From a virus (lineage: Duplodnaviria; Caudoviricetes), in the IMG/VR virus record IMGVR_UViG_3300038962_000198, positions 1-61,781 of that record: a stretch of DNA of 61,781 bases; one strand, written 5' to 3'. The notes beneath the pieces were generated by a model. It did not search any database and was not told the DNA's origin. It saw nothing but the letters and a program-made list of their open reading frames with translations. Position numbers and translations under genes: made by a program. Shown piece after piece: positions 19,489 to 28,532 of this stretch; the stretch's first letter is position 1, and the number at the start of each line of letters is the position of its first letter.

Positions 19489-20186
19489 AATAAAATTTCT
19501 TTAGCTTTTTCAATATCTTTAGAGTTATCAATGTCTATAATTTTAATATTAGGATTTTGTATACATTTAAATGAACCTCCTTTATATAAAATTTGATTAA
19601 TAATTTCAAACCCAAATTTAGTATAATTTTTTTCATCCCAGCATAAACGCTTTAACAGCTCCAGTTCTTTATCCATAAAAACAGCCATTTGTCCCCATTT
19701 ATACGGAAGGTCATACATCAGGTTGGATAATTGTTGATTCTTATCATCGATAATACATCCTACTTCATTTTCACCCATGTCAGGACCTGCTATTACAATA
19801 CTAGATTCTTTACAGTCTAAGTCTTTAAGGGCTGCTGAATTAAATACAAGATCGCCATAAACAACAATAACTTTGGAAGCAGTAGCAACTACGCGTAACC
19901 CCAATCCTATACTTCGTGCTACATTTGTATCTTCGTAGCGTTCGTTTTCTATTTTCAAAATATATTCTGGTGTTTCATTCATTAACGTGGTCGCTTTAAA
20001 ACCACATACCAATACTAATGTGGTAGGGCCTATATGTGTTTGTAATAGGCTAATTTGATTTTTAAGAATAGTCGAGTTTCCAATTTTTATCAAGGGCTTA
20101 GGCCCATACGATTTCATTCTACGGCCCATACCAGCAGCGGGAATAATAACGCCTATATTACTTTGTTTTTGTTGGGGTAATTTCAT
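19485..20186 (-). CDS. Sugar-phosphate/choline-phosphate nucleotidyltransferase (NTP_transf family)
   Basis: IIPAAGMGRRMKSYGPKPLIKI, VVYGDLVF and IDIDNSKDI motifs. Confidence 0.85.
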   Translation of the reverse strand: MKLPQQKQSNIGVIIPAAGMGRRMKSYGPKPLIKIGNSTILKNQISLLQTHIGPTTLVLVCGFKATTLMNETPEYILKIENERYEDTNVARSIGLGLRVVATASKVIVVYGDLVFNSAALKDLDCKESSIVIAGPDMGENEVGCIIDDKNQQLSNLMYDLPYKWGQMAVFMDKELELLKRLCWDEKNYTKFGFEIINQILYKGGSFKCIQNPNIKIIDIDNSKDIEKAKEILL

Positions 20187-20191
20187 TTACT

Positions 20192-20713
20192 TTATTGTTG
20201 GGGTGTATTATGAATTGAAATTAAAGGAGATGCTATATGAAATATAATATTTTTTTGTGCAAGCCTATTTAATTGTTCTTGCAGTAATAGCTTTTCGTCA
20301 ACAAAAAGAATTTGATCGGCAAGATTACTACGTATAAAAAATGGTATATTATTGGTGGTAGCATAAGGATGAATATAGCTATATCTCTTAAATTTGGACT
20401 CTATATATAATAAATCAGAAACAACTATACCAATATCGTTGCTTTGTTGAAAAAAATCAACTATTTTTTGCACACTATGCTCATCTGTATATTCATAACT
20501 ATTTGGCATAAAGCCATATATACCAAAGTCCGATTGGCCTTGAGTAGAGCATGTTCGAATCTTAGTATTATAAAAGTCTGCATCGTTATTAAACCTAGAC
20601 AACCCAATATCCTTAATATTGAATTCGGTAAATAGATTTCTATATGTTTGTTGAGGAATATAGCCGCGATTACCTTCGCCTACAGCAACTAAGATGTTTG
20701 GAGACTGGGACAT
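20192..20713 (-). CDS. Hypothetical protein (possibly degenerate GT-A fold)
   Basis: QTYRN and DIGIVVSD motifs resemble GT2 enzymes. No clear DxD. Confidence 0.4.
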   Translation of the reverse strand: MSQSPNILVAVGEGNRGYIPQQTYRNLFTEFNIKDIGLSRFNNDADFYNTKIRTCSTQGQSDFGIYGFMPNSYEYTDEHSVQKIVDFFQQSNDIGIVVSDLLYIESKFKRYSYIHPYATTNNIPFFIRSNLADQILFVDEKLLLQEQLNRLAQKNIIFHIASPLISIHNTPQQ

Positions 20714-21528
20714 AACTCCTCCACTTTTTGGATTAAATTAGGTGCATCGTCATAATGTATAATTTTAGTTTCAAGTGGAATACCAAAAGCATTGCCTGAG
20801 TGTTTGGCATGGGCTGCTTTTAATGCGCCCGCTCCAACATTTTGCGCGTTTGGTAATAATACAGTAAAAGCTTTCATATCGTCTTGTATAGATGCGTGTA
20901 TCTCTTGGGAAAATGAGGTAGGGATAGGATAGCGAGCTTCGAAGGCTATATAAAACATAAACTTCATTTTTTTAGTGCTGTCGTATATTAAATCAATCAC
21001 TTCTATATCTGTTTGATCAACCGCCTGAATTGTTTGCACCCTCCAATGATCGAAGTTATAATTTTGAAATAATAATAAAAGTTCGGGTGTCATAGGCGTA
21101 GCGAGATGCGAACGGTCTACCAGTGTCACAATCTTAGGTTTAATATCTTGTTCTTGAAGTTCAGACAGTCTGGCCTTGATATCTTCTATAGAATCGTCTC
21201 GACGATAGAATACAATCGCATGGTATGGAATTTTTAATTGTGATTTTACCTTTGATAATAACTCTTCGTTGCTAATGTTTCCATAAGTTTCTGTGGCCCA
21301 GTCTTGATTGCGATAATACACACAAGCTTTGCCTTCTATAACATAGGACGTGATATCGTCAGTAGTAATTTCCGAGATAGGAATATCGGCGTTCTGAAAC
21401 TTTTCTATACGATTGGCATTACATCCTACTTGTATGTTGTCGTCATTATATTTGATAAACGCACAGTCTATGCAGAAGGTTGATGAAATAGGAACGGTTT
21501 TTAATTGTGATGAATCTTTTAACGTCAT
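20689..21528 (-). CDS. Hypothetical protein (Cys-containing N-domain, GT-like C-region)
   Basis: CIDC...C...C at the N-terminus and LQEQDIKPKIVTLVD resembling a GT2 N-terminal motif. Confidence 0.45.
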   Translation of the reverse strand: MTLKDSSQLKTVPISSTFCIDCAFIKYNDDNIQVGCNANRIEKFQNADIPISEITTDDITSYVIEGKACVYYRNQDWATETYGNISNEELLSKVKSQLKIPYHAIVFYRRDDSIEDIKARLSELQEQDIKPKIVTLVDRSHLATPMTPELLLLFQNYNFDHWRVQTIQAVDQTDIEVIDLIYDSTKKMKFMFYIAFEARYPIPTSFSQEIHASIQDDMKAFTVLLPNAQNVGAGALKAAHAKHSGNAFGIPLETKIIHYDDAPNLIQKVEELCPSLQTS

Positions 21529-21932
21529 GGTCGTTTGGCCTTAATAATAAAGGATAAGGAATCTACATTAACATTGGCTTCTTCTATAATATATCCTCGT
21601 TGCTCTAAAAAGCTTTTTGTTTCTATGGCAGAATGGTATGAGATACATTCTGAGATAAGCGATGGCAATTTATCTATATTTATTGTCCCCCAATATAAAG
21701 CTTTAGCCACCTCTAACATATCTACACAATGAATTGTAATTACTCCACCATGGCGAATTTTACTAAGTACAATTTCTAATTGTTCTAATGGTATGTATTG
21801 TAATACATTATGCAATATTAAACTGTGACATACATTATTACCTATCTCATTAATTTGATCAATTGCTATATTGTCATGTTCTGCAATGTTAGGAGCATTG
21901 TTAGAGATCGATCTAATTAAATTAATTTTCAT
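21525..21932 (-). CDS. Truncated class I SAM methyltransferase-like protein
   Basis: SLILHNVLQYIP...LSKIRHGGVITI matches methyltransferase post-motif patterns, but no motif I GxG is present. Confidence 0.45.
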   Translation of the reverse strand: MKINLIRSISNNAPNIAEHDNIAIDQINEIGNNVCHSLILHNVLQYIPLEQLEIVLSKIRHGGVITIHCVDMLEVAKALYWGTINIDKLPSLISECISYHSAIETKSFLEQRGYIIEEANVNVDSLSFIIKAKRP

Positions 21933-21964
21933 TTTTAAACAGCCTTCCTTATCTACTATGCTAA

Positions 21965-22933
21965 TTATGCTACAGGATGATATATAGCTCTTTTAATCAT
22001 ATTTAGTGCTTCAGCCCATTTAGATATAAAAGTCTCTAGCGAATGTTCAGAAATAATTTTTTGTCGTGATTGTTGAGCAATTGCGATTCTTAATTTATCA
22101 TTTTGTTCTAATGCATCTAAAGCGATTGGTAACTCCTTTAGATCGTTAAGTAACCAGCCGGTTTTTTGATGTTCAATATAGTTAGAGGTGTCGGAAGTAT
22201 TTAAACATATAACAATATTTTCAGCTGCCATAGCTTCTAGTGTTTTAATAGTAATATTTTTATAGGTATTAATAAAATACTTAGTTGTATTTACTGTAAT
22301 GGTTTGGTTATCATGATCTGTAGGGACAATGGTGTGAGCGTTGTTGATATATGTAGATATTATCGATCCTAATTCAGAAGCAGTGTTATTATCTAAGGCT
22401 ATACCTGATCGATTATGATCCTGAGTCTCAAATTTTTGTACGTCAATTCCAAAGGGAATTAACAGTGAAATACTATTGGCGCCAAATGTCCATGACTGTT
22501 CAGTATATTGATCACTATAGATATATAGTTCGGCTTTTCTATTTAGGCGTGCTAAGTCAATAGCGTTTAGTTGTTCTAAAAGATGTTGGGGTCGTATCAT
22601 CTGTTTGGAACACAAATCGACAATAATAATAGGTATGTGTAATTGCTTGGAGATTGTAACAGCCTGATCATACTGCTCAGCACGATCATAGCATATAATA
22701 TAGTCCATAGGAGGAGAGATATGGTTTAGAACGTGAACATTAGAAGGGCATTCTTCGATTAGATTATTCCAAGGAGTTTGCGGCAATATATAAAAATTAT
22801 GTTGTGTTTGTGCCAATAAACTGATATACTTTTCTGTGTTTTGGCATATTGTTAAAATATGAAGTGGGCTCTGAGATTGTTCGCGTCTGGTTGCGGATCG
22901 TATAAGATTTCTAACTATTGATATTGTTTGCAT
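21965..22933 (-). CDS. Glycosyltransferase, GT4-like (divergent)
   Basis: IPFGIDVQKF and TLEAMAAENIVI...IEHQKTGWL motifs. Confidence 0.7.
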   Translation of the reverse strand: MQTISIVRNLIRSATRREQSQSPLHILTICQNTEKYISLLAQTQHNFYILPQTPWNNLIEECPSNVHVLNHISPPMDYIICYDRAEQYDQAVTISKQLHIPIIIVDLCSKQMIRPQHLLEQLNAIDLARLNRKAELYIYSDQYTEQSWTFGANSISLLIPFGIDVQKFETQDHNRSGIALDNNTASELGSIISTYINNAHTIVPTDHDNQTITVNTTKYFINTYKNITIKTLEAMAAENIVICLNTSDTSNYIEHQKTGWLLNDLKELPIALDALEQNDKLRIAIAQQSRQKIISEHSLETFISKWAEALNMIKRAIYHPVA

Positions 22934-22937
22934 TTTG

Positions 22938-24074
22938 TTATATACTTATATAATTGTTAAGGGAGTTGTTTTCAAAGAACTGTTGTAATTCTTTATTGCT
23001 TTTTATTTTGTTATCACGCTTAAACTTATGTGAATAAGCCTCTTTCATAGTTTCTACAATAGACTTGACGATGGGTCGATACCATGACTCTCCAAAGGTA
23101 TATCTATATAACCCGCTAGGGAGTGTATTTTTATTTCTCATACAAACCTCTTCATATGAGTCAACGCACCATACATTCTCATCTCCTAACCATTCATGTA
23201 TGGCGCCGTTGCGATTAACAATCGGCATGCTATGGTATAGAGCCCCTTCAAGAACGTTGAAATTACTTGCCATAGAATATCCCAAACTGATCATACAATC
23301 TCCACCCCTGTGTAGAGATATTCGTTCTTCATCACTTAAAAAATTTCCCTGAGGAGGTAAAACGTTTAATAAGGGCTGAAATCTTTCTGGTGTGTTATAT
23401 GCTATTTCTTTTTTATAACTATCAAAACATTGTTGTATCGCTTGACCGGGCAGTGCCGTATCTAACGCAACAACTAAAGCAACAGGATCTTGCGCGGTAA
23501 AAGTATTTAAATAAGCTGTATAAACTTCTTTAAATCCTGATTGAGAGTCCAATATATTACCTATATAATAAAAAATAAATTTATCTTTCAAATGAGGTGA
23601 TGCATTTCGTAGTGTTTGTGTCGATGGTTGTTCCAATAATAGTTCGTTTAAATTTAATATGGGTGGAATAGCCCTAACTATAGTTGAGGTATTATAATAT
23701 TGAAAAATATTTTGGAGTTGTGTTGCAACCACTTTACTATCAACCCATATCTCATCCATTAGGGACTCATGAGTTAATTCTGCTATTGGTATATTATTTG
23801 GAATAGTTTCTGAATGGAAGATACCAATTCTCTTTTTAAAATTGCCTGCATATACAGCAAAGGAAGGTAGCGTGTATTGTATCAATATGTCGTATTCATC
23901 ATTTACTATATTTTCGGATAGTTCAAAATATTCATTATAGGTATTTGAAGATGTAAAGTATATGGGCCGAGAGGTTACCTTATGCTCACCGTTTTGTAAA
24001 CACTTAAGTATCGCTCGACTTTTATGGCCCCATTCATCTTGTTGTCTATAGGGACCAATAAACAAAATGTTCAT
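22938..24074 (-). CDS. Glycosyltransferase, GT4-like (divergent)
   Basis: MNILFIGP, MDEIWVDS, FIFYYIG, GDCMIS...VLEGALY motifs. Confidence 0.65.
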   Translation of the reverse strand: MNILFIGPYRQQDEWGHKSRAILKCLQNGEHKVTSRPIYFTSSNTYNEYFELSENIVNDEYDILIQYTLPSFAVYAGNFKKRIGIFHSETIPNNIPIAELTHESLMDEIWVDSKVVATQLQNIFQYYNTSTIVRAIPPILNLNELLLEQPSTQTLRNASPHLKDKFIFYYIGNILDSQSGFKEVYTAYLNTFTAQDPVALVVALDTALPGQAIQQCFDSYKKEIAYNTPERFQPLLNVLPPQGNFLSDEERISLHRGGDCMISLGYSMASNFNVLEGALYHSMPIVNRNGAIHEWLGDENVWCVDSYEEVCMRNKNTLPSGLYRYTFGESWYRPIVKSIVETMKEAYSHKFKRDNKIKSNKELQQFFENNSLNNYISI

Positions 24075-25729
24075 GTTGCTATTGTCCTCTGATGTCGTTG
24101 ATGAGCATCTATAAGAAATTGTTGTGGAGACATATGTTGTTGCCCAGTACGTATAGCTTCTACAGTGTTATTGTTATCAACACGGGCTTTGTATTGCGTA
24201 AAAATTTGCTCTCTATCAATAGGCTCTAATTGTCCCGGACCCACTTTAGCCCCACATACCAAATTGCGATACATACTCATAGCTTCCTCTGAATAGAGCT
24301 TGTTAGAATGTCCTATTACATCTACAAAAATCCACTTTATAAATTCGCGATGTGACAAATTAGGCGGAATACTTGTGGGAATATTACGTATTTTAGCAGG
24401 ACTATTCCAGTGGCCCTGTAAATTTTTAGGCTGATAAGAGTCAATATATTTTTCCCATACTTGAATACTACGACCCCAATCATACCTCTCTAGTGTAGCT
24501 TTGCGTACTTCTATAGATTGTTGCATACGTTCTTGCGATGTCTGTTGAAAAAACTGGACTAATATATCCGCAAATGCTTCATTGTCAGGATAAGCCCTTT
24601 CAGCATTAGTTTCCATTTCTTTAAAAAATGTACGTACTGGAATAGGATACCCTTTTGTAAGTCGAACCACATCATACATAGCGCTGTAGTCAGTAGCTGC
24701 GACTGGAATGCCAGATGCCGATGCTTCAACTTGAGGCATTCCAAACCCTTCACATATAGCATATTGCGCATATATATCAAATAGGTTATAAATTTTTGCA
24801 AGATCTTCTATTGTAAGTCCTAAAGATACAGTGGGACACACAGCAGATTGTTGCTTGCAGTGTTGACATTTTACGATAGCATCTTGAAAAAAATGTGGAA
24901 AGAAGTTTTTACATGCTTTGCAAATATACGTCATTAAGACTTTGCCACCAAGACGATGCTCTAGAATCCCATGCGATAGATCCCATCCTATTTTTTCAGG
25001 GTAGCTAGTATGTAAATATAAATAAGTCTTATTTGCAATCTCAGGGGGAGCTTTGTCCAAAAATAAACGAAAAGCTTTCATAAGCTCAAAAAATAATTTG
25101 CGTTTTTGATTACGCATAACTGTGCCGACGATAAAACAATCTGGGTCAATTCCCATGGATTGTCTATGAGGCATTTTAGGCATAGGCTTATAAATAGATG
25201 GGTCAATTCCCGGAGATGCACATCCTATCCAATTGATACTTTCTTTTCCTTGCTGTTTTAAAACTCGTCCTCCGTATTCAGAATAACTTAAAATGGCATC
25301 GCACTGAGAAAAGATATTGATCCATTCAGGACGTTGTGGAGCAGAGTCTACAGTGGGCATCCATACCCAATGGAAATATGGTCTTAATACCGAATGGGAA
25401 ATCCAATCGTCCATCCAAGGATCTCGATAACTAAGTACGATATCGGGTTTTACATCAAGACAAACCTTATCAAATCTCCATGACCCAAACTGATGGCTAG
25501 AACTACTATTATAAAGATTATGTTCGTCTTGATTGTTATTCGCTGGTAGGTTTGAAATAAATAACCATGGAGTATCACGAGCATCGTTAAGACTGCCGTA
25601 AGAGGCGAATTCGACTAAGTTATATTTACCAGTTTTATGTAAACGACTCAGTAATTCTTTTGCATAGGTTCCAAAACCCGAATTTAAGTAATGAGCTTCA
25701 GCCATTACTAATACTGTTTTCTTATTCAT
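24071..25729 (-). CDS. Glycosyltransferase family 4 with zinc-ribbon-like insertion
   Basis: SGFGTY, KPDIV, VMRNQKRK and CEGFGMPQVEASASG (E-x7-E). Contains a CKAC...CQHC insertion. Confidence 0.88.
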   Translation of the reverse strand: MNKKTVLVMAEAHYLNSGFGTYAKELLSRLHKTGKYNLVEFASYGSLNDARDTPWLFISNLPANNNQDEHNLYNSSSSHQFGSWRFDKVCLDVKPDIVLSYRDPWMDDWISHSVLRPYFHWVWMPTVDSAPQRPEWINIFSQCDAILSYSEYGGRVLKQQGKESINWIGCASPGIDPSIYKPMPKMPHRQSMGIDPDCFIVGTVMRNQKRKLFFELMKAFRLFLDKAPPEIANKTYLYLHTSYPEKIGWDLSHGILEHRLGGKVLMTYICKACKNFFPHFFQDAIVKCQHCKQQSAVCPTVSLGLTIEDLAKIYNLFDIYAQYAICEGFGMPQVEASASGIPVAATDYSAMYDVVRLTKGYPIPVRTFFKEMETNAERAYPDNEAFADILVQFFQQTSQERMQQSIEVRKATLERYDWGRSIQVWEKYIDSYQPKNLQGHWNSPAKIRNIPTSIPPNLSHREFIKWIFVDVIGHSNKLYSEEAMSMYRNLVCGAKVGPGQLEPIDREQIFTQYKARVDNNNTVEAIRTGQQHMSPQQFLIDAHQRHQRTIAT

Positions 25730-26177
25730 AATGCACTTCTTTAATTTTTTTAATAGCAGACTGGAAGTTTTTTTTAATGTCTGATCGCGAACGACTTAGC
25801 TTATTAGCAATTTCTTTAAAATTATGCCCCTCTCGTCTTAATTCGATGATTTGTAATTCTGGCGAAGTTAGATTAGGAGGCAACAACTCCCAAAAAGGAG
25901 AGGGGTGGCAGTCTTGTAACAGCCCGTAATTATCACTCTGTACAAACTTGTGCTTAGGTGTTAAGGTTCTAATTTCCTTAATAATTTCCCACGTAATAGG
26001 ATTCCAAGCATAGGGAGAAAATTTACTTCCTTTGTGTTTAGAAAATTTACTAAGAGCTTTCCAAAGCCCTATACGTCCCGCTTGTATATACGCTTCTTTG
26101 TCTTGATGGGTTTGTGGGTTAAATCTATTAACTATGGTTAATACCAATCCCATATTTTGTTCAATTAGATCTTCCAT
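25722..26177 (-). CDS. RNA polymerase sigma-70 family factor (regions 2 and 4 only)
   Basis: LIEQNMGLV, IQAGRIGLWKALSKF...KFSPYAW (region 2) and HNFKEIANKLSRS HTH (region 4). Confidence 0.88.
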   Translation of the reverse strand: MEDLIEQNMGLVLTIVNRFNPQTHQDKEAYIQAGRIGLWKALSKFSKHKGSKFSPYAWNPITWEIIKEIRTLTPKHKFVQSDNYGLLQDCHPSPFWELLPPNLTSPELQIIELRREGHNFKEIANKLSRSRSDIKKNFQSAIKKIKEVHYE

Positions 26178-26208
26178 ACACTTCCCTTCTATATTACTAT
26201 TATAGTAT

Positions 26209-27852
26209 CTAAACTAGATTTTTGATCTTAGAAACTGATTTTATTATGAAACTTCCCCGTTTTGTATCCCTACTACCAATCAGCAAAGCTATTTGTCCTT
26301 CTTTCGTATCTTTTTTATATTTGTCCCACTCATCGGAAAACATAGTAATATTATCCAAGCTGCATGTACCATCACTAATCGTGAGAAATGCCATTTTCTG
26401 TCCTTTGGAATTACCTTTTTTAATTTTCCACTCTCTTATATAGTCAATTTGAGCCGCAATACGTATACCTTTTTGAGAATTAAAGCCATCAATATACTCT
26501 TTACAGGTACAGTTAGCACGACTAGTATCATATTCATCAACCCTAGCACATGTTAATGCTACGCCTAAATAGTGTTCTTCTTTTCGGGCTTTCCACCCCG
26601 GTAGATCAACGAGATCGTACCCCGGATTATTTAAAGACTCAACTATACTTTCAACTACTTCTATGCGGTCTCGTCGAAATATGGGTCGCTTTCTATCTGA
26701 CCAGTCATTATGATCAATCATAGCCTGAATACATTGCGATAGAGTCTTGTCTATATTGTTTTGTTTATACGTTTCTAGCCACGGAATTTCTCTTTTGCTT
26801 AATTCTCGAAACATTTTCAATTCATGCAACATCTTACTTCGGCTTACATTAAAGCGATCTAAAGCGCCGCTTAGAATAATAGCTTCAAATGAGTCGGCTT
26901 TAATACACAACCCAAAGAAAATAAGAAAAGTGCTCCAGCTACAGGTATCTAAATCGATTTGATGCTTCTGTAGACATCCTAACATTTTATCAAAAACTGA
27001 ACCTCCTACTGTTTTGATTTCTGTAAGCCCAAAGGTGGGATTCTTATCAATAAGGGTGAAGTACTTATTCATTTTTTGAATATTGGGTGGCTTAACATCA
27101 ATATCCATTACGCGAGCATTGTTAACTAATTCTTCTATTTCTAGGTAAGCATCGGGTTTGCCAATAGAATTTTTCAAATAGGAGGTAAAAAATTCATGAG
27201 GAAAATGAGCTTTTGTATATGCGGTTAAGTAGGAATTATATGCATAACTAACTGAGTGTGACTTATTAAAAGAATATCTTTGTGACTTTTCTATCCAGCT
27301 AAATATTTCTTTGGCCTGTTCTTTTGTTACGGTTCCTTTTTCTTCAGCCTTGGTAATAAAGTCTTTTCTCAGATTCGTCATTAAGCTTACATTCTTTTTA
27401 CCAATAGCTTTACGGAGAATGTCAGCTTCCTGTAAGTCAAAACCTCCAATGTCTCTTGCAATTAGCAATGCCTGTTCTTGATAAACTAAGATGCCATATG
27501 TACTAATAAGAATCGGTTTGAGTGCATCATGAAAGTATTCTACTGGATCTATGCCATGCTTACGGTCTATGTAGTGCTGTGTAAGACTTTTACCATCGAC
27601 GATAGCTTCCATACATCCGGGTCTGATAATAGCAATTAAATCAGACAGCTCCTCGATATTACGAGGCTTAACTCGTTCAGCCATACTTCTTCCAAGCTGA
27701 GATTCTAATTGAAATACACCCTTAGTATTTCCACTACAGATTAGATCCCAACTAGCCGTACAGTCTAGCGGTAATTGTTCAATATCCGGCGTATATTGTA
27801 TACAATTATCCGCAATCTCAAAAGTACATCCGCAAGCAAATTCCTTGTTCAT
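26209..27852 (-). CDS. dnaE: DNA polymerase III alpha (DnaE), C-terminal half (fingers, HhH, OB)
   Basis: GVFQLES, IAIIRPG, TYGILVYQEQ, ADILRKAIGKK, YSFNKSHSVSY, PPNI and KGQKMAFLTISD motifs. Confidence 0.93.
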   Translation of the reverse strand: MNKEFACGCTFEIADNCIQYTPDIEQLPLDCTASWDLICSGNTKGVFQLESQLGRSMAERVKPRNIEELSDLIAIIRPGCMEAIVDGKSLTQHYIDRKHGIDPVEYFHDALKPILISTYGILVYQEQALLIARDIGGFDLQEADILRKAIGKKNVSLMTNLRKDFITKAEEKGTVTKEQAKEIFSWIEKSQRYSFNKSHSVSYAYNSYLTAYTKAHFPHEFFTSYLKNSIGKPDAYLEIEELVNNARVMDIDVKPPNIQKMNKYFTLIDKNPTFGLTEIKTVGGSVFDKMLGCLQKHQIDLDTCSWSTFLIFFGLCIKADSFEAIILSGALDRFNVSRSKMLHELKMFRELSKREIPWLETYKQNNIDKTLSQCIQAMIDHNDWSDRKRPIFRRDRIEVVESIVESLNNPGYDLVDLPGWKARKEEHYLGVALTCARVDEYDTSRANCTCKEYIDGFNSQKGIRIAAQIDYIREWKIKKGNSKGQKMAFLTISDGTCSLDNITMFSDEWDKYKKDTKEGQIALLIGSRDTKRGSFIIKSVSKIKNLV

Positions 27853-28523
27853 TTTGTTGACATTGCCCCTTTAAATTTTGCTACGCTAGATTGTCGTCTA
27901 TGGAATTTAATAAATTGTGTTAATAGTTTTGCACTATCTATTGTATCAGAATATGCTTCGTGCGCCTGCTCAGCTTTCACACCAAAAAAATCTCTCATAG
28001 TATCAAGTCGCATATTTTTTGGTTCATCAAGATTTTCAAACCAATAAAATAGCAGGTCCATTAGATCCATTTTATTTACTTTGGCAAACGGCATTGGCGT
28101 TTTATGCTTTTTGGCTAACCGTTCACAAATAGGCAAATCAAAGCCAATAATGTTATAGCCAGCAGCAATAGGTTCTGTATACCAATTTCCATATGATTTT
28201 TCAATATGAAATTTTTTACAATATTCGCAAAAGTTTTTCCAAGCAATTTTCTCGCTTTTACCTTTCTTCCATGCAGCTACTATGTCAGCGCTATCAACAC
28301 CACGTTGTTTAGCGTGCCACTCAATGGTCTTTTGACGTTCGTCTGTAAAGTAGTCTTCTTTTGTTATACCCGGAGGTTTAATGACAGTACTAAAAGCCTT
28401 ATCTGTTTTGATTTCTAAAGTTCGAGGTTCTATAGGAACTGCCGCTAATTCGACAGGATTGCAAGTGTTAGGATCAGTACCATCGGTCTCCCAATCAAAA
28501 ACTATAATCCAGCGATTATTCAT
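27849..28523 (-). CDS. DnaQ-like DEDDh 3'-5' exonuclease (proofreading subunit candidate)
   Basis: ExoI FDWETDG, ExoII GYNIIGFD and ExoIII AHEAYSD motifs. Confidence 0.9.
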   Translation of the reverse strand: MNNRWIIVFDWETDGTDPNTCNPVELAAVPIEPRTLEIKTDKAFSTVIKPPGITKEDYFTDERQKTIEWHAKQRGVDSADIVAAWKKGKSEKIAWKNFCEYCKKFHIEKSYGNWYTEPIAAGYNIIGFDLPICERLAKKHKTPMPFAKVNKMDLMDLLFYWFENLDEPKNMRLDTMRDFFGVKAEQAHEAYSDTIDSAKLLTQFIKFHRRQSSVAKFKGAMSTK

Positions 28524-28532
28524 TTTGCACCT

